DNA of 64,000 nt from Synechococcus sp. (GCA_047285535.1 JBJBDC010000001.1:1088136-1152135), one strand, 5' to 3'. Numbered from the stretch's first letter, positions 12,101 through 23,126 are shown. Made by a program: numbers and translations. Notes: generated from the letters alone by a model not told the origin.

Positions 12101-13545
12101 GGACTTCTGAATCGTTTCAGACGTAATAAACCCTGTTTCGCAGACCAATCAACCTGAAGCGACCAATCCTCCAGCAAAGGATTGTTGATTTGATTCAAGG
12201 CCAACTGCAGTCGAGGCGCGCGAGTCGGGCCAGACACTCTCAAGCCCCCTTTCAGAGGGTCCTTTGTCCCCAACAATGCAGGAACTAAAGGCAACCCCTT
12301 CCATGCTTGACCACTCAATAGAAGCTGCTGTGTCTTGACATCCAGCTGAGGAAACAATGGTCCCTTTGCCTTGACGACTAAGCCTGGGGCTCGAAGAGAA
12401 AGGCGATCGAGAGTGGCTTTCCAATGCTTGCGACGACGTCCATCGCCACGCACCTGCAGATCAATCCCAATCGGTTGGTCAAGGAGATTCGACGAGGGAA
12501 GCCGCCATGCCCCCGCCAGTCTGAGTCGAGGCTGTGACCATTCCCCATTCAGTGTGAGAGCTAACTGGCTGTCCTTATTGATCTCCTTCAGAATCGCTCG
12601 GAGATCAAGGTTCTTATTCAGCTGAAGTTGACCGCCAAGACTGGCCCGATAAGGACCATAACTCCACTGAGTACGCGGAATAGACAGACGATCATCCTTG
12701 CAACTGAGACGCAACTGGCGAGATTCAAGTGAGTGTTGAAGCGGTTCTCCACTCACCTTCACACCCACAACAGATAGTGCACCTCCACAGCTGGCTTGAC
12801 CTTGATTCCATCCAACCGTCAGATTGCCACCCACTTGGCCTTGCATCTGAAAAGGCTTCTCCATGGGAAGCAGACCATTCAATCGATCCAGACGAATTCG
12901 CTCAAGCCGCGTACTGATCTGTAATTCAGGATGGTCCCAACGCGCACGACCTTTCAAGTTCAGCGTGCCGCGATCCGGCAGACGCACCTTAAAAGCTCCA
13001 TCTGCCCACTTTTCATTAAGACGCAATCGGGTTGCTCCCGCCAGCGACAGCTGAAGCTGTCCGGGTTGAACGCGAATTTTTGCCGGATCAACAAGACGAA
13101 CGCGAAGATCCACTCGTTGATGAAACTCACCATGCTTCCTGGGGCCTGGCACCCAAAACTGTCCATTTTGATTGCGGCGGAGGTTCACATTGACCCCCTT
13201 CAACCTGGCCACTAACACCAGCCGGAATTGGCGAATGCTGGATAGAGGATCGATCCCCAGGGTCAGTTTCTGCAACCGAAGAGTCGAGGCATCGTTGGTT
13301 CCTGGGGGAATACTGATCGGTCCAATACCGATTCCATGAAGGCCAAGTCCGCGGTAGGAGCCGATCTGAATTGGATGCCCCAGAGGACTAGCCAACTGTC
13401 GTTCCAGGGATGGACGCAGCCGATCCACAGCACCCGCGATCAATCGGTCAACACTGATCCAAACGGCAGCAGCAGCCAAAACAGTGAAACCAAGTCCAGA
13501 GATCACCACTCTTGGAGCCATCGCGCCTCTGCTTCTGCTCCGCAT
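9121..13545 (-). CDS. tamB: Translocation/assembly module TamB (DUF490) protein
   Basis: 1474 aa, N-terminal membrane anchor, Gly/Leu-rich beta repeats, C-terminal LRSSPPMS and terminal FRF. Confidence 0.8.
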   Translation of the reverse strand: MRSRSRGAMAPRVVISGLGFTVLAAAAVWISVDRLIAGAVDRLRPSLERQLASPLGHPIQIGSYRGLGLHGIGIGPISIPPGTNDASTLRLQKLTLGIDPLSSIRQFRLVLVARLKGVNVNLRRNQNGQFWVPGPRKHGEFHQRVDLRVRLVDPAKIRVQPGQLQLSLAGATRLRLNEKWADGAFKVRLPDRGTLNLKGRARWDHPELQISTRLERIRLDRLNGLLPMEKPFQMQGQVGGNLTVGWNQGQASCGGALSVVGVKVSGEPLQHSLESRQLRLSCKDDRLSIPRTQWSYGPYRASLGGQLQLNKNLDLRAILKEINKDSQLALTLNGEWSQPRLRLAGAWRLPSSNLLDQPIGIDLQVRGDGRRRKHWKATLDRLSLRAPGLVVKAKGPLFPQLDVKTQQLLLSGQAWKGLPLVPALLGTKDPLKGGLRVSGPTRAPRLQLALNQINNPLLEDWSLQVDWSAKQGLLRLKRFRSPQLNAEAALPLQVGKGGIRVGELKSNLRLEGYPLSRVGSLLGTVMDGSIAAKGKISGPLQSLQPDLQIEVNSPRAGAIRLVENWKGRFEGRPGGGGQLRMASVGAVIPGSFDALLGANWLPQTLRLQRRNGQLQISGTPALYRWTANDLSVDGLELELPPKQRWEGVYGRLSGSGSLSLQPWSMKADLALSQPGLMGIQLRQVLMTAQYKNDRYGISGEMLPPDTGQITFQADGRLNAEVDAELQARGLSARWLTNSALSLPQLAEQLPASKGDATDLGTLLVNTFGGSLDGQLRALRDAQLAINEARRDRREKEAFHPEDLRGQVDAVIDLQGPNLTRLDVDLKARGHLWIDGQDEDIALQVKPFIAELKGPLQGGEGHFSLAHLPFSLLALVAPVPSALQGALGLKGSYQFDKGAPQLTTELVLEEARVGQEPIVLDRGQVRFVNNNLQLDLALRAEGAEEPLTLIGQVPITPDRSMDVRVESQGDGLRFLAGFSGDAIQWSKGSTDLILLIGGSLLAPEAHGFFKINEGEFVVQQQNIRNVNSSVFFDFDHLEVQELKGQIGSSGTLNASGALSLFNPATEKSPLTITIEKSRIKLPIADVALAADLRVSGALVRPDIQGGLQLSEGTITPRKIMLSKAVNDDEKSVSTVKAIAPNTAVTTNALLEENWDFQKPLVLLGPEIEGDPSRSLKASLPDLPFIGFNNLRLQFGPDLKVQVQPVANFTTAGLITVNGPLDKNIRLRGVIQLLTGRVSMFTTTFNLDRRAPNVAVFTPSLGLIPYVDVAMETRVSDSVNIGIGSNTSSTSVFDTNGTGTLGAGGQLRLVKVMLQAEGPANRLADNILLRSSPPMSQAQLLGLIGGNSLSGLTGAGAGTALAAVVGQSLLSPILGTFTDALSQRLQFALYPTYVTPGVSNEGERVSGRVPPQLAIVTDLGVDISDRINFSVLAAPSRDDIPPQGSLTYQIDPNLSISGSVDSQGTWQSQLQVFFRF

Positions 13546-13609
13546 TGATGAACGTCATCCCGTCCAAGGTCGACGCAATATAGGGAGGAGATTTGTCCCT
13601 AACCAGCCC

Positions 13610-14050
13610 ATGCCTCTTATTCAATTGCTGGAAATGTCCAGCAAATGGCTGGCCTGGAGTGGCCTAGGCCTCTCACTCATCACATTGATTGCATTCTTGA
13701 TGCGATGGGGACTGCGTTTTCGCCTTGTTGGCGTCAGTAGTTTTACGTTCCTGTTGGCAGTCAGCTGCTGGGCTTTTTCAATCAGTTATGCCCCCCCGAT
13801 TCGTATAGAGGGGGCACAGCAAGTACCAATTGTGTTTGACAACGGCATCAATCTTGTCGTAGCGCAGGCTGCAAATGGATTCCCACAAGAAGCCATCACA
13901 CCCACGCTGCAGCAAGTAGCAGCAAATCTCCGCCCCGGAGGACGCAATGTTGAAGTGCGTGTTCGTCTCCGGCAGCTTCAGTCCGTTGATGAAGGAACCT
14001 CTAGACCGGTCGTGCTGGGAGAAACCATTCGAGACTTCAGGCAGAGATGA
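13610..14050 (+). CDS. ycf51: Ycf51 (DUF2518) family protein
   Basis: WGLRFRLVGVSSFT and VFDNG motifs; start at ATG 13610 avoids overlap with tamB. Confidence 0.8.
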   Translation: MPLIQLLEMSSKWLAWSGLGLSLITLIAFLMRWGLRFRLVGVSSFTFLLAVSCWAFSISYAPPIRIEGAQQVPIVFDNGINLVVAQAANGFPQEAITPTLQQVAANLRPGGRNVEVRVRLRQLQSVDEGTSRPVVLGETIRDFRQR

Positions 14051-14451
14051 ACGCAGACAACCCTCTCAATGAGTTGCCTCAAGGTTTTAGGGATGAGCAC
14101 CGAGATCTTCAGAAGGCTGGAATTACCACATGGGGACAACTACGCGTCCTCAATGATCAAAACCTGAGTCGTCTAGTAAGAACAGGCCGCTCGACAGCAA
14201 GCCATCTCAAACGCCTTCGCGGCATGGCCGAACTCGTTTGCTTGTTAGAGATTGCTCCAGCGGATGCAGCCTTGCTGATGCACTCAGGATTTGGAACCGT
14301 CGCTTCCGTCGCGACCTCGTCTCCGCAAGAGATTATGAACCGCACCGGCCGCCTTGAACGCCAGCTGGGAAGTGGGAGACCTCCATTGGTGAATCTTGCA
14401 GTTGCCCGACATTGGATCCTTAGAGCAAAAGCCAGGCAAAACATGAACTGA
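14047..14451 (+). CDS. DUF4332 domain protein
   Basis: LQKAGITTW, AALLMHSG helix-hairpin-like pattern; ATGA overlap with ycf51. Confidence 0.75.
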   Translation: MNADNPLNELPQGFRDEHRDLQKAGITTWGQLRVLNDQNLSRLVRTGRSTASHLKRLRGMAELVCLLEIAPADAALLMHSGFGTVASVATSSPQEIMNRTGRLERQLGSGRPPLVNLAVARHWILRAKARQNMN

Positions 14452-14516
14452 CCGCCCGCAGCGGCAACCGTCGTCTCATGCGTTTCAAATAGAACTTAGT
14501 TCATTAAGGAGGAACC

Positions 14517-14828
14517 ATGCGTCCCCTCCATCAGGCTCATAACAAGGATTTCTTTTTGAGACATCTGGCGATCAAAGTCCTACCAATCGCCTTACTGATG
14601 ACAGCGTCAGCTGGTTTTTCTCAGTCAAGCCTTTTAGAAACCGTCAAACGAAATCCCGGGGAAGCCAAAGCACTCTGCCAGCAGTTCAAATCATTGAACA
14701 GCGAGGGGAAATCGGCCTTGTCCTCTCAAGCCATCAAGCAACTTGCATCTCAACGCAACCTGAGCACCAACGACGCAGAAATTCTTGCGACCTACGTGAT
14801 CGGATTGCACTGTTCGGATGTTCGCTGA
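14517..14828 (+). CDS. Conserved hypothetical secreted protein with two Cys
   Basis: AAGGAGG ribosome-binding site just upstream, signal-like segment, C-terminal YVIGLHC. Confidence 0.75.
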   Translation: MRPLHQAHNKDFFLRHLAIKVLPIALLMTASAGFSQSSLLETVKRNPGEAKALCQQFKSLNSEGKSALSSQAIKQLASQRNLSTNDAEILATYVIGLHCSDVR

Positions 14829-16410
14829 CGCGACATTGCTGACTCCAGATCGCGTGTCCCTGGTGACACGCATCTGGACTCCTGAAGAAGGTGGACCATG
14901 GCCAACCCTGCTCATGCGACAACCCTATGGAAGGGCTATTGCATCCACCGTGACGATCCCTCATCCCCAATGGTGGACAGACCAGGGATTCGCCGTTTTT
15001 GTTCAAGACGTACGCGGGCAGGGCGACTCAGAAGGAGTGTTTGAAGGTTTCAGCCAAGAAGCTGCAGACACTGCATCAACCATGGCTTGGCTTCGAGAAC
15101 GACCCGAGTGCAATGGGCGAATTGGCCTTTTTGGATTCTCTTATCAAGGTCTGACCCAGCTGCTTGCACCAAAGGACTGCCCAGCGCCTGATTGCCTCGC
15201 TCCAGCCATGTGCGGTTTGTCTGAGCGAGAGCATTGGAGTTGTGATGGCGGTGCTCACTGGTGGCACCTCGGTCTTGGCTGGGGCTTGCAGCTTGCCGCT
15301 CTGCAAGCCAAGCGACGCAATGATCAAAAGGCTTGGGATGAACTTCACAATGCTCTTGTGGATGGTCGCTACTTGCACGAAGGAGTGGCTCTTTTAGAGC
15401 GTCATGATCCCAATGGAATGGCGCTCCGCTGGTTGCAACAAAACCCAGACCAGCCCGCCGACTGGATTATCCATAGTCCATCGGAATCCTGGATATGCCA
15501 GCCAATGTTGCTGATCGGTGGCTGGTGGGACCCTCATCTTCGTGGCCTCCTTGACCTTCTCGCAAAGGCCAGAACAAGTGGCGGCAACCCAGAGGTTCAC
15601 ATCGGACCAGCCAGCCATCTGCAGTGGTGGCCGGAAACCTCCAAACTGCTGCTTGATTTTTTCAATCATCATCTCAAAGGCAATCCCACTAGTACCCAAC
15701 AGCAAACAGCAACGATCAGGCTCTGGGACCAAGGAGATGCCACATGGTCGAACAAAAGCGAAAACGAATGCTCTGCTCATTCCTGGCAGCTGAGCAGCAA
15801 AGGTCTTGCTTGCCTTGATGTCCACGATGGTCAATTGCTCGACTCAGCCACTCCTGGATCAGGAGAGTGCGCAATCGTGCATGATCCTTGGCGTCCTGCA
15901 CCTTCCGTCGGTGGGCATTTGAGCCCAACCGCTGGTCCATTCAATCGGAACGCCATTGATCAACGGTCTGACGTGGCCGTATTCAACTCCGCACCTCTTC
16001 AAACATCACTTCAACTTTTTGGCCGCCCAAGGTTGCGAGTTGAGGTAACCGCGGATCAGCCGGCTTTTGATCTCTGCGCTTCGCTTTCAAGAGTGCCTGC
16101 TGATCAAGAAGCTGATCCAGATCAGGTGCAGCAACTCTCCACAGGTGTGTTGCGAGTTCACCGGATCAACGATTTGGCATCCTCCGAGATCACGGTGGAA
16201 CTTCAGCCGCTCCTCGCTAGCTTCAAGCCAGGTGATCGTCTGCGGCTTTCACTCGCTGGAGCTGCTTGGCCAGCGATTGGCATCAATCCAGGAGATGGCG
16301 AGCGATGCTGTGGCCCGCCCAACAGCGATTGCCGAGTCATCACCATTTATTTGCAGCTGGAGAAAGCGACACTGCAAATGGCGCCACTAGTTCTGACCCA
16401 AGCAGGATGA
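14818..16410 (+). CDS. CocE/NonD family hydrolase
   Basis: RQPYGR, QDVRGQGDSEG, GFSYQG, GGWWD. Confidence 0.9.
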   Translation: MFADATLLTPDRVSLVTRIWTPEEGGPWPTLLMRQPYGRAIASTVTIPHPQWWTDQGFAVFVQDVRGQGDSEGVFEGFSQEAADTASTMAWLRERPECNGRIGLFGFSYQGLTQLLAPKDCPAPDCLAPAMCGLSEREHWSCDGGAHWWHLGLGWGLQLAALQAKRRNDQKAWDELHNALVDGRYLHEGVALLERHDPNGMALRWLQQNPDQPADWIIHSPSESWICQPMLLIGGWWDPHLRGLLDLLAKARTSGGNPEVHIGPASHLQWWPETSKLLLDFFNHHLKGNPTSTQQQTATIRLWDQGDATWSNKSENECSAHSWQLSSKGLACLDVHDGQLLDSATPGSGECAIVHDPWRPAPSVGGHLSPTAGPFNRNAIDQRSDVAVFNSAPLQTSLQLFGRPRLRVEVTADQPAFDLCASLSRVPADQEADPDQVQQLSTGVLRVHRINDLASSEITVELQPLLASFKPGDRLRLSLAGAAWPAIGINPGDGERCCGPPNSDCRVITIYLQLEKATLQMAPLVLTQAG

Positions 16411-16446
16411 ACTCCGGCAAACTGACCCCATTACTGAACCACATTC

Positions 16447-17187
16447 ATGAAGCTCTCCTCCTGCCTTCTGGTCTGCGCTCTGGCGGCACCGGTGCTGCAG
16501 GTGTTCCCTGTGCCAGCGGCCCGAGGAGAACAGCTAGTAGCCCAGGGGATATCGGCCCCCCGCACCCCACTGAGCGCCAGCCAAGCCACGCAGGCAGCAG
16601 ATGCACTTTTGACTGCTCTCCAAACCCGTAATGCGCAGGGGTTGTTCGATCTCTTATCGACTCCTCTTCAAAACGCAACAACTGTTGAACAGGTACAAAG
16701 TCGCTTGAAGAAGGCCCATCGCATCAAATCCACTCGTGTGGTGGCGATTTATCCAGGCATGGATGACACCACTGTGGATGTGATTGCTCAAACCGAGGAT
16801 GGGAACAAAGAGCTGCTTCTCGTCCTCGACGATGACGGAAAGCTCGTGGCTTGGAAATGGCTGGGCGAAACTCTGCCGATCGAGACAACTGCTCTGAAAT
16901 TTGTCCGTGATCTAGAAGAGCAACGTTGGATTGCAGCTCGCTACTACTTGTCTCTTGATTTCCAGAAGGAGATCTCTCCTGAAGATCTTCAACGCAAGTG
17001 GAGCAAGTTAAGCCGAGTGCTTGGCGGGGTTAAACGGATCAAAAACGCAGTTGTGGCAAGCCAAGGAGGCGAGCAACAACTCGTGTTAGTCACCATTGAA
17101 TTCGGAACGGTGACGGACAACCTATTTGTCATTTTCGATCCTCAGGGCAGGATCATCAACGTGGACTTCTCCGAGGATCTGGTTTGA
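16447..17187 (+). CDS. DUF3887-type secreted protein
   Basis: Signal peptide and two tandem similar alpha/beta domains. Confidence 0.7.
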   Translation: MKLSSCLLVCALAAPVLQVFPVPAARGEQLVAQGISAPRTPLSASQATQAADALLTALQTRNAQGLFDLLSTPLQNATTVEQVQSRLKKAHRIKSTRVVAIYPGMDDTTVDVIAQTEDGNKELLLVLDDDGKLVAWKWLGETLPIETTALKFVRDLEEQRWIAARYYLSLDFQKEISPEDLQRKWSKLSRVLGGVKRIKNAVVASQGGEQQLVLVTIEFGTVTDNLFVIFDPQGRIINVDFSEDLV

Positions 17188-17266
17188 TCTCAAAACCCTA
17201 AGAGAATCCATGTAAACAAGGCGGGGTTTCCGCCTAAGCTCCCGGCCAACGAAGATCATTCCCTGC

Positions 17267-19564
17267 ATGACCAGCGCTGTTCTCAACTGGATTGTTCAGG
17301 ACAGCCAGAGGCTGGCCGAATGCCGGCATGACCACCCTTTTTCGCTACTTGGCCCCCATCAGCTGGAGACAGGACAGTGGGTCGTCAGAGCTTGGGTTCC
17401 CGAAGCTGACACTGTTGAACTGCTGCTGGACGGGCAGCACCTTGGGATGGAGACCCCACATCACCCTTGGCTTTTCGAAGCAGAATGTTCACGGGATCCT
17501 GGTCTCAACTACAGATTGCATATCAGCCGAGGAGGGATCGAGCACGAACAATTCGATCCTTGGGCCTTTCGTCACGAGTGGATGGGCGAGATGGATCGCC
17601 ATCTCTTCGCAGAAGGCAATCACCATCACATATGGCGTCGGATGGGAGCACACCGCTGCCAACAAGGAGGCATACAGGGTGTGATGTTCTGCCTGTGGGC
17701 ACCGAATGCACTGAGTGTCAGCGTGATCGGAAATCTCAATTCATGGGATGGCCGCTATCACCCGATGCAGCAAAGGCTTGGCGGGATCTGGGAACTCTTC
17801 ATTCCCGAGCTTGAGGAAGGACACCTCTACAAATACGAAATTCGCACACAAAACGGGCACTGTTATCAAAAAGCCGATCCCTATGGCTTTCAGCATGAAG
17901 TCAGACCGGATACCAGCTCAATCGTCAGCCATCTAGATGGATTTCAGTGGAGTGACGACAGCTGGATCAACAGCCGCGATAACCGCAACCCCCTCGATCA
18001 ACCGATCTCTGTCTATGAGATGCACTTGGGCAGTTGGATTCACGCCTCTGCTGACGATCCTTTCATCGAAGCCGATGGCACCCCACGACGCCCCGTACCT
18101 GCGGCCGATCTCAAGCCAGGGGCTCGCCTGCTCACCTACCAAGAGCTTGCAGATCGCCTGATTCCTTATGTGAAAGATCAAGGATTCACTCACATCGAAC
18201 TGATGCCGATCACCGAGCATCCCTTTGATGGATCTTGGGGATATCAAGTCACAGGCTGGTATGCACCCACAAGCCGCTACGGCACGCCTGACGAGTTTCG
18301 AGCCTTTGTCGATCGCTGTCATGCCGAGGGGATCGGAATCATCATCGACTGGGTGCCTGGGCACTTCCCCAAGGACAGTCATGGTCTTGCCTTTTTTGAT
18401 GGCTGCCATCTCTATGAACACGCCGATCCACGGATTGGCGAGCACAAGGAATGGGGCACTCTGATCTTCAACTACAGCCGCAATGAGGTCAGAAACTTCC
18501 TGGTTGCCAATCTGGTGTTCTGGTTTGATCAATTCCACATCGACGGTATCCGGGTGGATGCAGTGGCATCCATGCTTTACCGCGACTACTTGCGACCAGA
18601 TGGAGAGTGGTTAGCTAATGAGAATGGCGGTAGAGAAAATACCGAAGCAGTTCGCTTTCTCCAGCAAGCCAATCACGTTCTTTTCGAGCACTTTCCAGGA
18701 GCTCTCTCGATCGCAGAAGAATCCACCACTTGGCCGATGGTGACTCAGCCCACAGAACACGGCGGACTTGGGTTCAACCTGAAATGGAACATGGGTTGGA
18801 TGCACGACATGCTCGATTACTTTGAGCTGGACCCATGGTTCCGACAGTTTCACCAAAACAACATCACGTTTTCGATCTGGTATACGTACACCGAAAACTT
18901 TATGCTTGCCCTCAGTCACGACGAAGTCGTACACGGCAAGAGTCATCTGCTTCACAAGATGCCAGGAGATGACTGGCAGAAGTACGCCAACACGCGTGCC
19001 TTGCTTGCCTACATGTGGACCCATCCCGGCAAGAAAACGATCTTCATGGGCATGGAGTTCGGCCAACGTGCTGAATGGAATGTTTGGGGAGACCTGCAGT
19101 GGGATTTGCTGAATTACGAGCCGCACGTTGGCCTTCAACGGATGGTGAAGGAGCTGAATGCGCTCTACAAAAATGAACCTGCACTTTGGCAGGACGATTT
19201 CGATCAATACGGTTTCCAGTGGATTGACTGCAATGACAACCGTCACTCCGTCATCAGCTTCATGCGTAGAGAGAGCACACGCGGCTCCTGGTTAGTGGTC
19301 GTGGCCAACTTCACGCCCCAAAGCCACTCCAACTACAAAGTGGGAGTTCCAATGTCTGGCTTCTACGAAGAAATCTTCAATACAGACGCTGCCAAATACG
19401 GCGGCAGCAACCTTGGCAATCTTGGTGGCAAGCACACCGAGGAATGGGGAATCCACGGCTACGACAACTCATTGGATCTCTGTTTACCACCTCTCAGCCT
19501 CATGGTTTTTAAGCATGACCCCAAAAAAAGTTTGGATGAAGCCAGCAGCAGAGAAAGTCTTTAG
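17267..19564 (+). CDS. glgB: 1,4-alpha-glucan branching enzyme
   Basis: [43 protein letters not shown]. Confidence 0.98.
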   Translation: MTSAVLNWIVQDSQRLAECRHDHPFSLLGPHQLETGQWVVRAWVPEADTVELLLDGQHLGMETPHHPWLFEAECSRDPGLNYRLHISRGGIEHEQFDPWAFRHEWMGEMDRHLFAEGNHHHIWRRMGAHRCQQGGIQGVMFCLWAPNALSVSVIGNLNSWDGRYHPMQQRLGGIWELFIPELEEGHLYKYEIRTQNGHCYQKADPYGFQHEVRPDTSSIVSHLDGFQWSDDSWINSRDNRNPLDQPISVYEMHLGSWIHASADDPFIEADGTPRRPVPAADLKPGARLLTYQELADRLIPYVKDQGFTHIELMPITEHPFDGSWGYQVTGWYAPTSRYGTPDEFRAFVDRCHAEGIGIIIDWVPGHFPKDSHGLAFFDGCHLYEHADPRIGEHKEWGTLIFNYSRNEVRNFLVANLVFWFDQFHIDGIRVDAVASMLYRDYLRPDGEWLANENGGRENTEAVRFLQQANHVLFEHFPGALSIAEESTTWPMVTQPTEHGGLGFNLKWNMGWMHDMLDYFELDPWFRQFHQNNITFSIWYTYTENFMLALSHDEVVHGKSHLLHKMPGDDWQKYANTRALLAYMWTHPGKKTIFMGMEFGQRAEWNVWGDLQWDLLNYEPHVGLQRMVKELNALYKNEPALWQDDFDQYGFQWIDCNDNRHSVISFMRRESTRGSWLVVVANFTPQSHSNYKVGVPMSGFYEEIFNTDAAKYGGSNLGNLGGKHTEEWGIHGYDNSLDLCLPPLSLMVFKHDPKKSLDEASSRESL

Positions 19565-19660
19565 ATTCAGGTGATGTGACAAAACTGGCCGGATCGCCCA
19601 AAAACACAGCGATTTGGTCAGTTCCCTCAGGTAGGTTGCCGCCTTGATCTTCATGCATCC

Positions 19661-20719
19661 ATGAGCGACACCCTGCCCCTATTGCTCCGTGCTGCCCGCG
19701 GAGAAGCGGTAGAGCGTCCTCCTGTTTGGATGATGCGTCAAGCCGGTCGCTACATGAAGGTGTATCGCGACCTTCGCGATCGTCACCCCAGTTTCCGCGA
19801 ACGATCTGAAAACCCTGATCTCTCCTATGAGATTTCCATGCAGCCCTTCAAGGCTTTCCAGCCTGATGGGGTGATTTTGTTCTCGGATATCCTCACTCCA
19901 CTTCCCGGCATGGGAATCGACTTCGACATTGTTGAAAGCAAAGGGCCTCAAATTGGTGATCCAATCAGAAGCCTCAGGCAGGTCGAGGCTCTCAAGCCTC
20001 TCCAACCTGAAGAGAGCATGTCCTTTGTGGGAGAAGTGCTTGGAAGACTGCGCGGGAGCGTTGGTAATCAGGCAGCAGTACTCGGATTTGTAGGCGCCCC
20101 CTGGACCCTTGCCGCTTATGTCGTTGAAGGGAAAAGCAGCAAAAATTATGCGGTCATCAAAAAGATGGCCTTTCAGGAGCCTCAACTCCTTCACAAACTG
20201 CTGGATCACTTCGCACATTCAATTGCCACTTACCTGCGCTATCAAATCGATTCAGGCGCACAAGTCGTCCAGATGTTTGACTCCTGGGCCGGGCAGCTCA
20301 GCCCTGCTGATTACGACACCTTTGCAGCTCCTTATCAGAAAAAAGTTGTAGATCTGGTCAAACAGACCCATCCAGATACCCCCTTGATCCTTTACATCTC
20401 CGGAAGCGCAGGGGTCTTAGAGCGAATGGGTCGAACAGGTGTTGACTTCATTTCCCTTGATTGGACGGTCGATATGGCAGAGGGGCTCGCACGTTTGCCA
20501 GATCACGTAGGAGTTCAGGGAAATGTCGATCCGGGATTGCTGTTTGGCACCACTGATGCCATTCGAGATCGAATCGATGATTGTGTGCGTAAGGCGCGTG
20601 GTCGTCGCCATATCCTCAACCTGGGGCATGGAATCCTGCCTGGCACGCCCGAGGAGAACGGCCGCGCTTTCTTTGAAGCTGGCAAGACAGTCATGGACCG
20701 AATCGGGGTTACTGCTTGA
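19661..20719 (+). CDS. hemE: Uroporphyrinogen decarboxylase
   Basis: [27 protein letters not shown]. Confidence 0.98.
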   Translation: MSDTLPLLLRAARGEAVERPPVWMMRQAGRYMKVYRDLRDRHPSFRERSENPDLSYEISMQPFKAFQPDGVILFSDILTPLPGMGIDFDIVESKGPQIGDPIRSLRQVEALKPLQPEESMSFVGEVLGRLRGSVGNQAAVLGFVGAPWTLAAYVVEGKSSKNYAVIKKMAFQEPQLLHKLLDHFAHSIATYLRYQIDSGAQVVQMFDSWAGQLSPADYDTFAAPYQKKVVDLVKQTHPDTPLILYISGSAGVLERMGRTGVDFISLDWTVDMAEGLARLPDHVGVQGNVDPGLLFGTTDAIRDRIDDCVRKARGRRHILNLGHGILPGTPEENGRAFFEAGKTVMDRIGVTA

Positions 20720-21717
20720 GCACAGCACAATCCCGAATCTTGATTACCGGCGCAAGTGGTTGCGTTGGTCAGTACATCGCCTCTTGGCTGTTGGAACATT
20801 CGGATGCCGATTTGCTGCTTTGGCTCCGCGACCCCTCAAAACTCACTGCGATATCAGCGAATCAATCGCGGGTGAGGCTATTAGTAGGGGATCTACGCCA
20901 AACAGACAGATTCGCAAGCGAATTATCAACCGTGACTCGGGTGATACACACCGCGACTGCATGGGGAGATCCAGAGCGAGCCCATCAGGTCAATGTCGTT
21001 GCAGTGAAGAGATTGCTCGCTCTGCTGAATCCAATCGTGATTGAGCAAATCATTTATTTCTCTACAGCGAGCATTCTTGATCGATCATTACAACCGCTGC
21101 AAGAAGCTCTGGCTTACGGAACTGAATACATCCAGACCAAAGCACAATGCCTAAGAGAACTAGAAAATCACCCCTTAGCTGAAAAAATCGTCGCTGTGTT
21201 TCCGACATTGGTGTTCGGCGGAAGGGTTGATGGAACAAGCTCCTTCCCGACCAGTTATTTGACAAAAGGATTAGTCGACGCCAGCAAGTGGTTATGGCTT
21301 GCTCGTTGGTTGAGAGCCGATGCAAGCTTCCATTTCATCCACGCTGCCGACATTGCTGCAATCTGCGGAATTCTCTCTACAACTCCACATCAATCCAACC
21401 CAGAAAGCGGTCAGGGCCCAGTACGCAGACTCGTGATGGGACAACCCTCGATCAGTGTGAATGAAGCAGTTTCCACGCTTTGTCGCTGGAGAGGTATCGC
21501 AAGAACCCCTGGGATACCGCTGTGGAGCTGGCTGATCGAAGGTTTGATCAAAATCCTGCCGATCGAAATCAACGCTTGGGATCGCTTTTCGATCCATCAA
21601 CGCCACTTCATTCATGATCCCATCACGCAACCAGAACGATTCGGCGGTCAAAGCCATGCTCCAGATCTCGAAACAGTTCTCATCGATTCAGGGCTTCCTC
21701 ATCGTGGAAGCATCTGA
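20716..21717 (+). CDS. NAD-dependent epimerase/dehydratase
   Basis: ITGASGCVG Rossmann motif and YIQTK (YxxxK). Confidence 0.88.
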   Translation: MSTAQSRILITGASGCVGQYIASWLLEHSDADLLLWLRDPSKLTAISANQSRVRLLVGDLRQTDRFASELSTVTRVIHTATAWGDPERAHQVNVVAVKRLLALLNPIVIEQIIYFSTASILDRSLQPLQEALAYGTEYIQTKAQCLRELENHPLAEKIVAVFPTLVFGGRVDGTSSFPTSYLTKGLVDASKWLWLARWLRADASFHFIHAADIAAICGILSTTPHQSNPESGQGPVRRLVMGQPSISVNEAVSTLCRWRGIARTPGIPLWSWLIEGLIKILPIEINAWDRFSIHQRHFIHDPITQPERFGGQSHAPDLETVLIDSGLPHRGSI

Positions 21718-21750
21718 AGAGAGTTAAACTATGGGAAATTTTATGAGCTC

Positions 21751-22110
21751 ATGATCAGCCGTTTGCGTTCTCTCTTGTCAGCCGCGCTTTGTTTCGCACT
21801 CTTGCTGAGCCTTGGTGTTGGCACAGCCAATGCTGCAACTGTTGAAGTCAAGCTAGGAACAGATGCTGGGATGTTGGCTTTCGAGCCCAGCTCGATCAAC
21901 ATTAAAACCGGAGATACAGTCAAATTCGTTAACAACAAACTTGCTCCTCACAATGCAGTCTTTGACGGTCATGACGAACTCAGCCATAGCGATCTAGCTT
22001 TCGCTCCCGGTGAATCCTGGGAAGAGACTTTTACTGAGGCTGGAACCTTTGATTTCTATTGTGAACCACACCGTGGCGCTGGCATGGTTGGCAAAGTCAT
22101 CGTTGAGTGA
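21751..22110 (+). CDS. petE: Plastocyanin
   Basis: Signal peptide, [13 protein letters not shown] copper ligands. Confidence 0.97.
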   Translation: MISRLRSLLSAALCFALLLSLGVGTANAATVEVKLGTDAGMLAFEPSSINIKTGDTVKFVNNKLAPHNAVFDGHDELSHSDLAFAPGESWEETFTEAGTFDFYCEPHRGAGMVGKVIVE

Positions 22111-22136
22111 TTTCCTTAAATCAGCACTTGAACACA

Positions 22137-22181
22137 AGTCCGGTGAGCGTTTTAACAGATGCTCACCGGACTCTTTTTTTT
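22137..22181 (+). terminator. Rho-independent terminator after petE
   Basis: Stem AGTCCGGTGAGCGT / ATGCTCACCGGACT followed by a T8 run. Confidence 0.9.
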
Positions 22182-22223
22182 GGCTCGAAGTGGATAGGGT
22201 TTAAGCAAACAAAGCTGATAGCG

Positions 22224-22592
22224 ATGCCCAATCCCGTTTCCCTAATCGCATTGGTCCTCACCATCAGTTTAAATCTCGTGGGCATCTCGCCTGCATTGGC
22301 TACCGACAGTCCCATCCCTGATCTGGACCACGGGAGCCAGCTGTTTTCAGCAAATTGCGCGGCTTGTCACATGGGCGGTGGCAATGTGATCAGTGCATCG
22401 AGAACATTGAGCAAAAGCGATCTACAAGCTCATCTCAATGAATATCGTGATGACCACCTTGAGGCTATAGAGCACCAAATCGAAAACGGAAAAAATGCAA
22501 TGCCATCATTCGTCGACAAGTTAAGCGAGCAAGACATCATTGATGTAGCTGGTTTTGTGGAGCTCAAAGCTGAGAAGGGATGGCAGCGATGA
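22224..22592 (+). CDS. petJ: Cytochrome c6 family protein
   Basis: Signal peptide, CAACH haem motif, GKNAMP axial Met; start moved to ATG 22224, downstream of the terminator. Confidence 0.88.
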   Translation: MPNPVSLIALVLTISLNLVGISPALATDSPIPDLDHGSQLFSANCAACHMGGGNVISASRTLSKSDLQAHLNEYRDDHLEAIEHQIENGKNAMPSFVDKLSEQDIIDVAGFVELKAEKGWQR

Positions 22593-22792
22593 CGAGGCAG
22601 GGATGGAAAGACTTCTTGCACTCCTTAGAACGAAGTCCAGCTCTACAACGTGAACTGAACGCCTGCAAAGATATCAACGATGTTCTTGACCTTGGTATGC
22701 GATGTGGATTTGCAATTTGCCTAAAAGATCTCAAGCACGATGCTCAAGCCGAATCCATCGCACAATGGTTCAAGATGAGCACGATACAATAA
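22589..22792 (+). CDS. Nif11-like domain small protein
   Basis: FLHSLERSPALQREL...LGMRCGFAICLKDL pattern; ATGA overlap with the cytochrome gene. Confidence 0.65.
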   Translation: MTRQGWKDFLHSLERSPALQRELNACKDINDVLDLGMRCGFAICLKDLKHDAQAESIAQWFKMSTIQ

Positions 22793-22868
22793 AGACGCTC
22801 CTTAATTGCACATCTGTGAGTGGATTTTACAGATTCGGATCTCTTTAGTCACTCACAGATTGATCAAA

Positions 22869-23126
22869 GTGAATGAAACAAACAGCGCAGAGTTTGATCG
22901 AATCTTTGAAATATCTTGGGAAGACTGTACACCCATTGAAAGGATCGAGTGTCAATCTGATCTTATTTATAAAGAAGCGATCATTCTGATACGCCAGAAG
23001 CTTGATTCACGCTCTTTCCGAAACTGGTACTAGAGAGCCACGAATCGCAAAACCAAACATGGCACACAGCGGAAATCAGAAAGGTTTCGAGCAGGATGTC
23101 ATCTCCAGTCAAACGTCACAAGTTAG
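22869..23126 (+). pseudogene. Degenerate TIGR03643/DUF2805 family gene
   Basis: DRIFEISWEDCTPIERIE...SFRNWY*RATNRKTKH; TAG at 23031-23033 lies inside the conserved WR-x-R...RKTKH block. Confidence 0.7.

Noticed and set aside
17933..19246. Long antisense ORFs opposite glgB (also opposite hemE, the SDR, ctaDII and htrA)
   Set aside because: Expected stop-poor shadow frames of codon-biased genes
22107..22223. N-terminal extension of cytochrome c6
   Set aside because: It runs through the petE terminator; the signal peptide begins at ATG 22224
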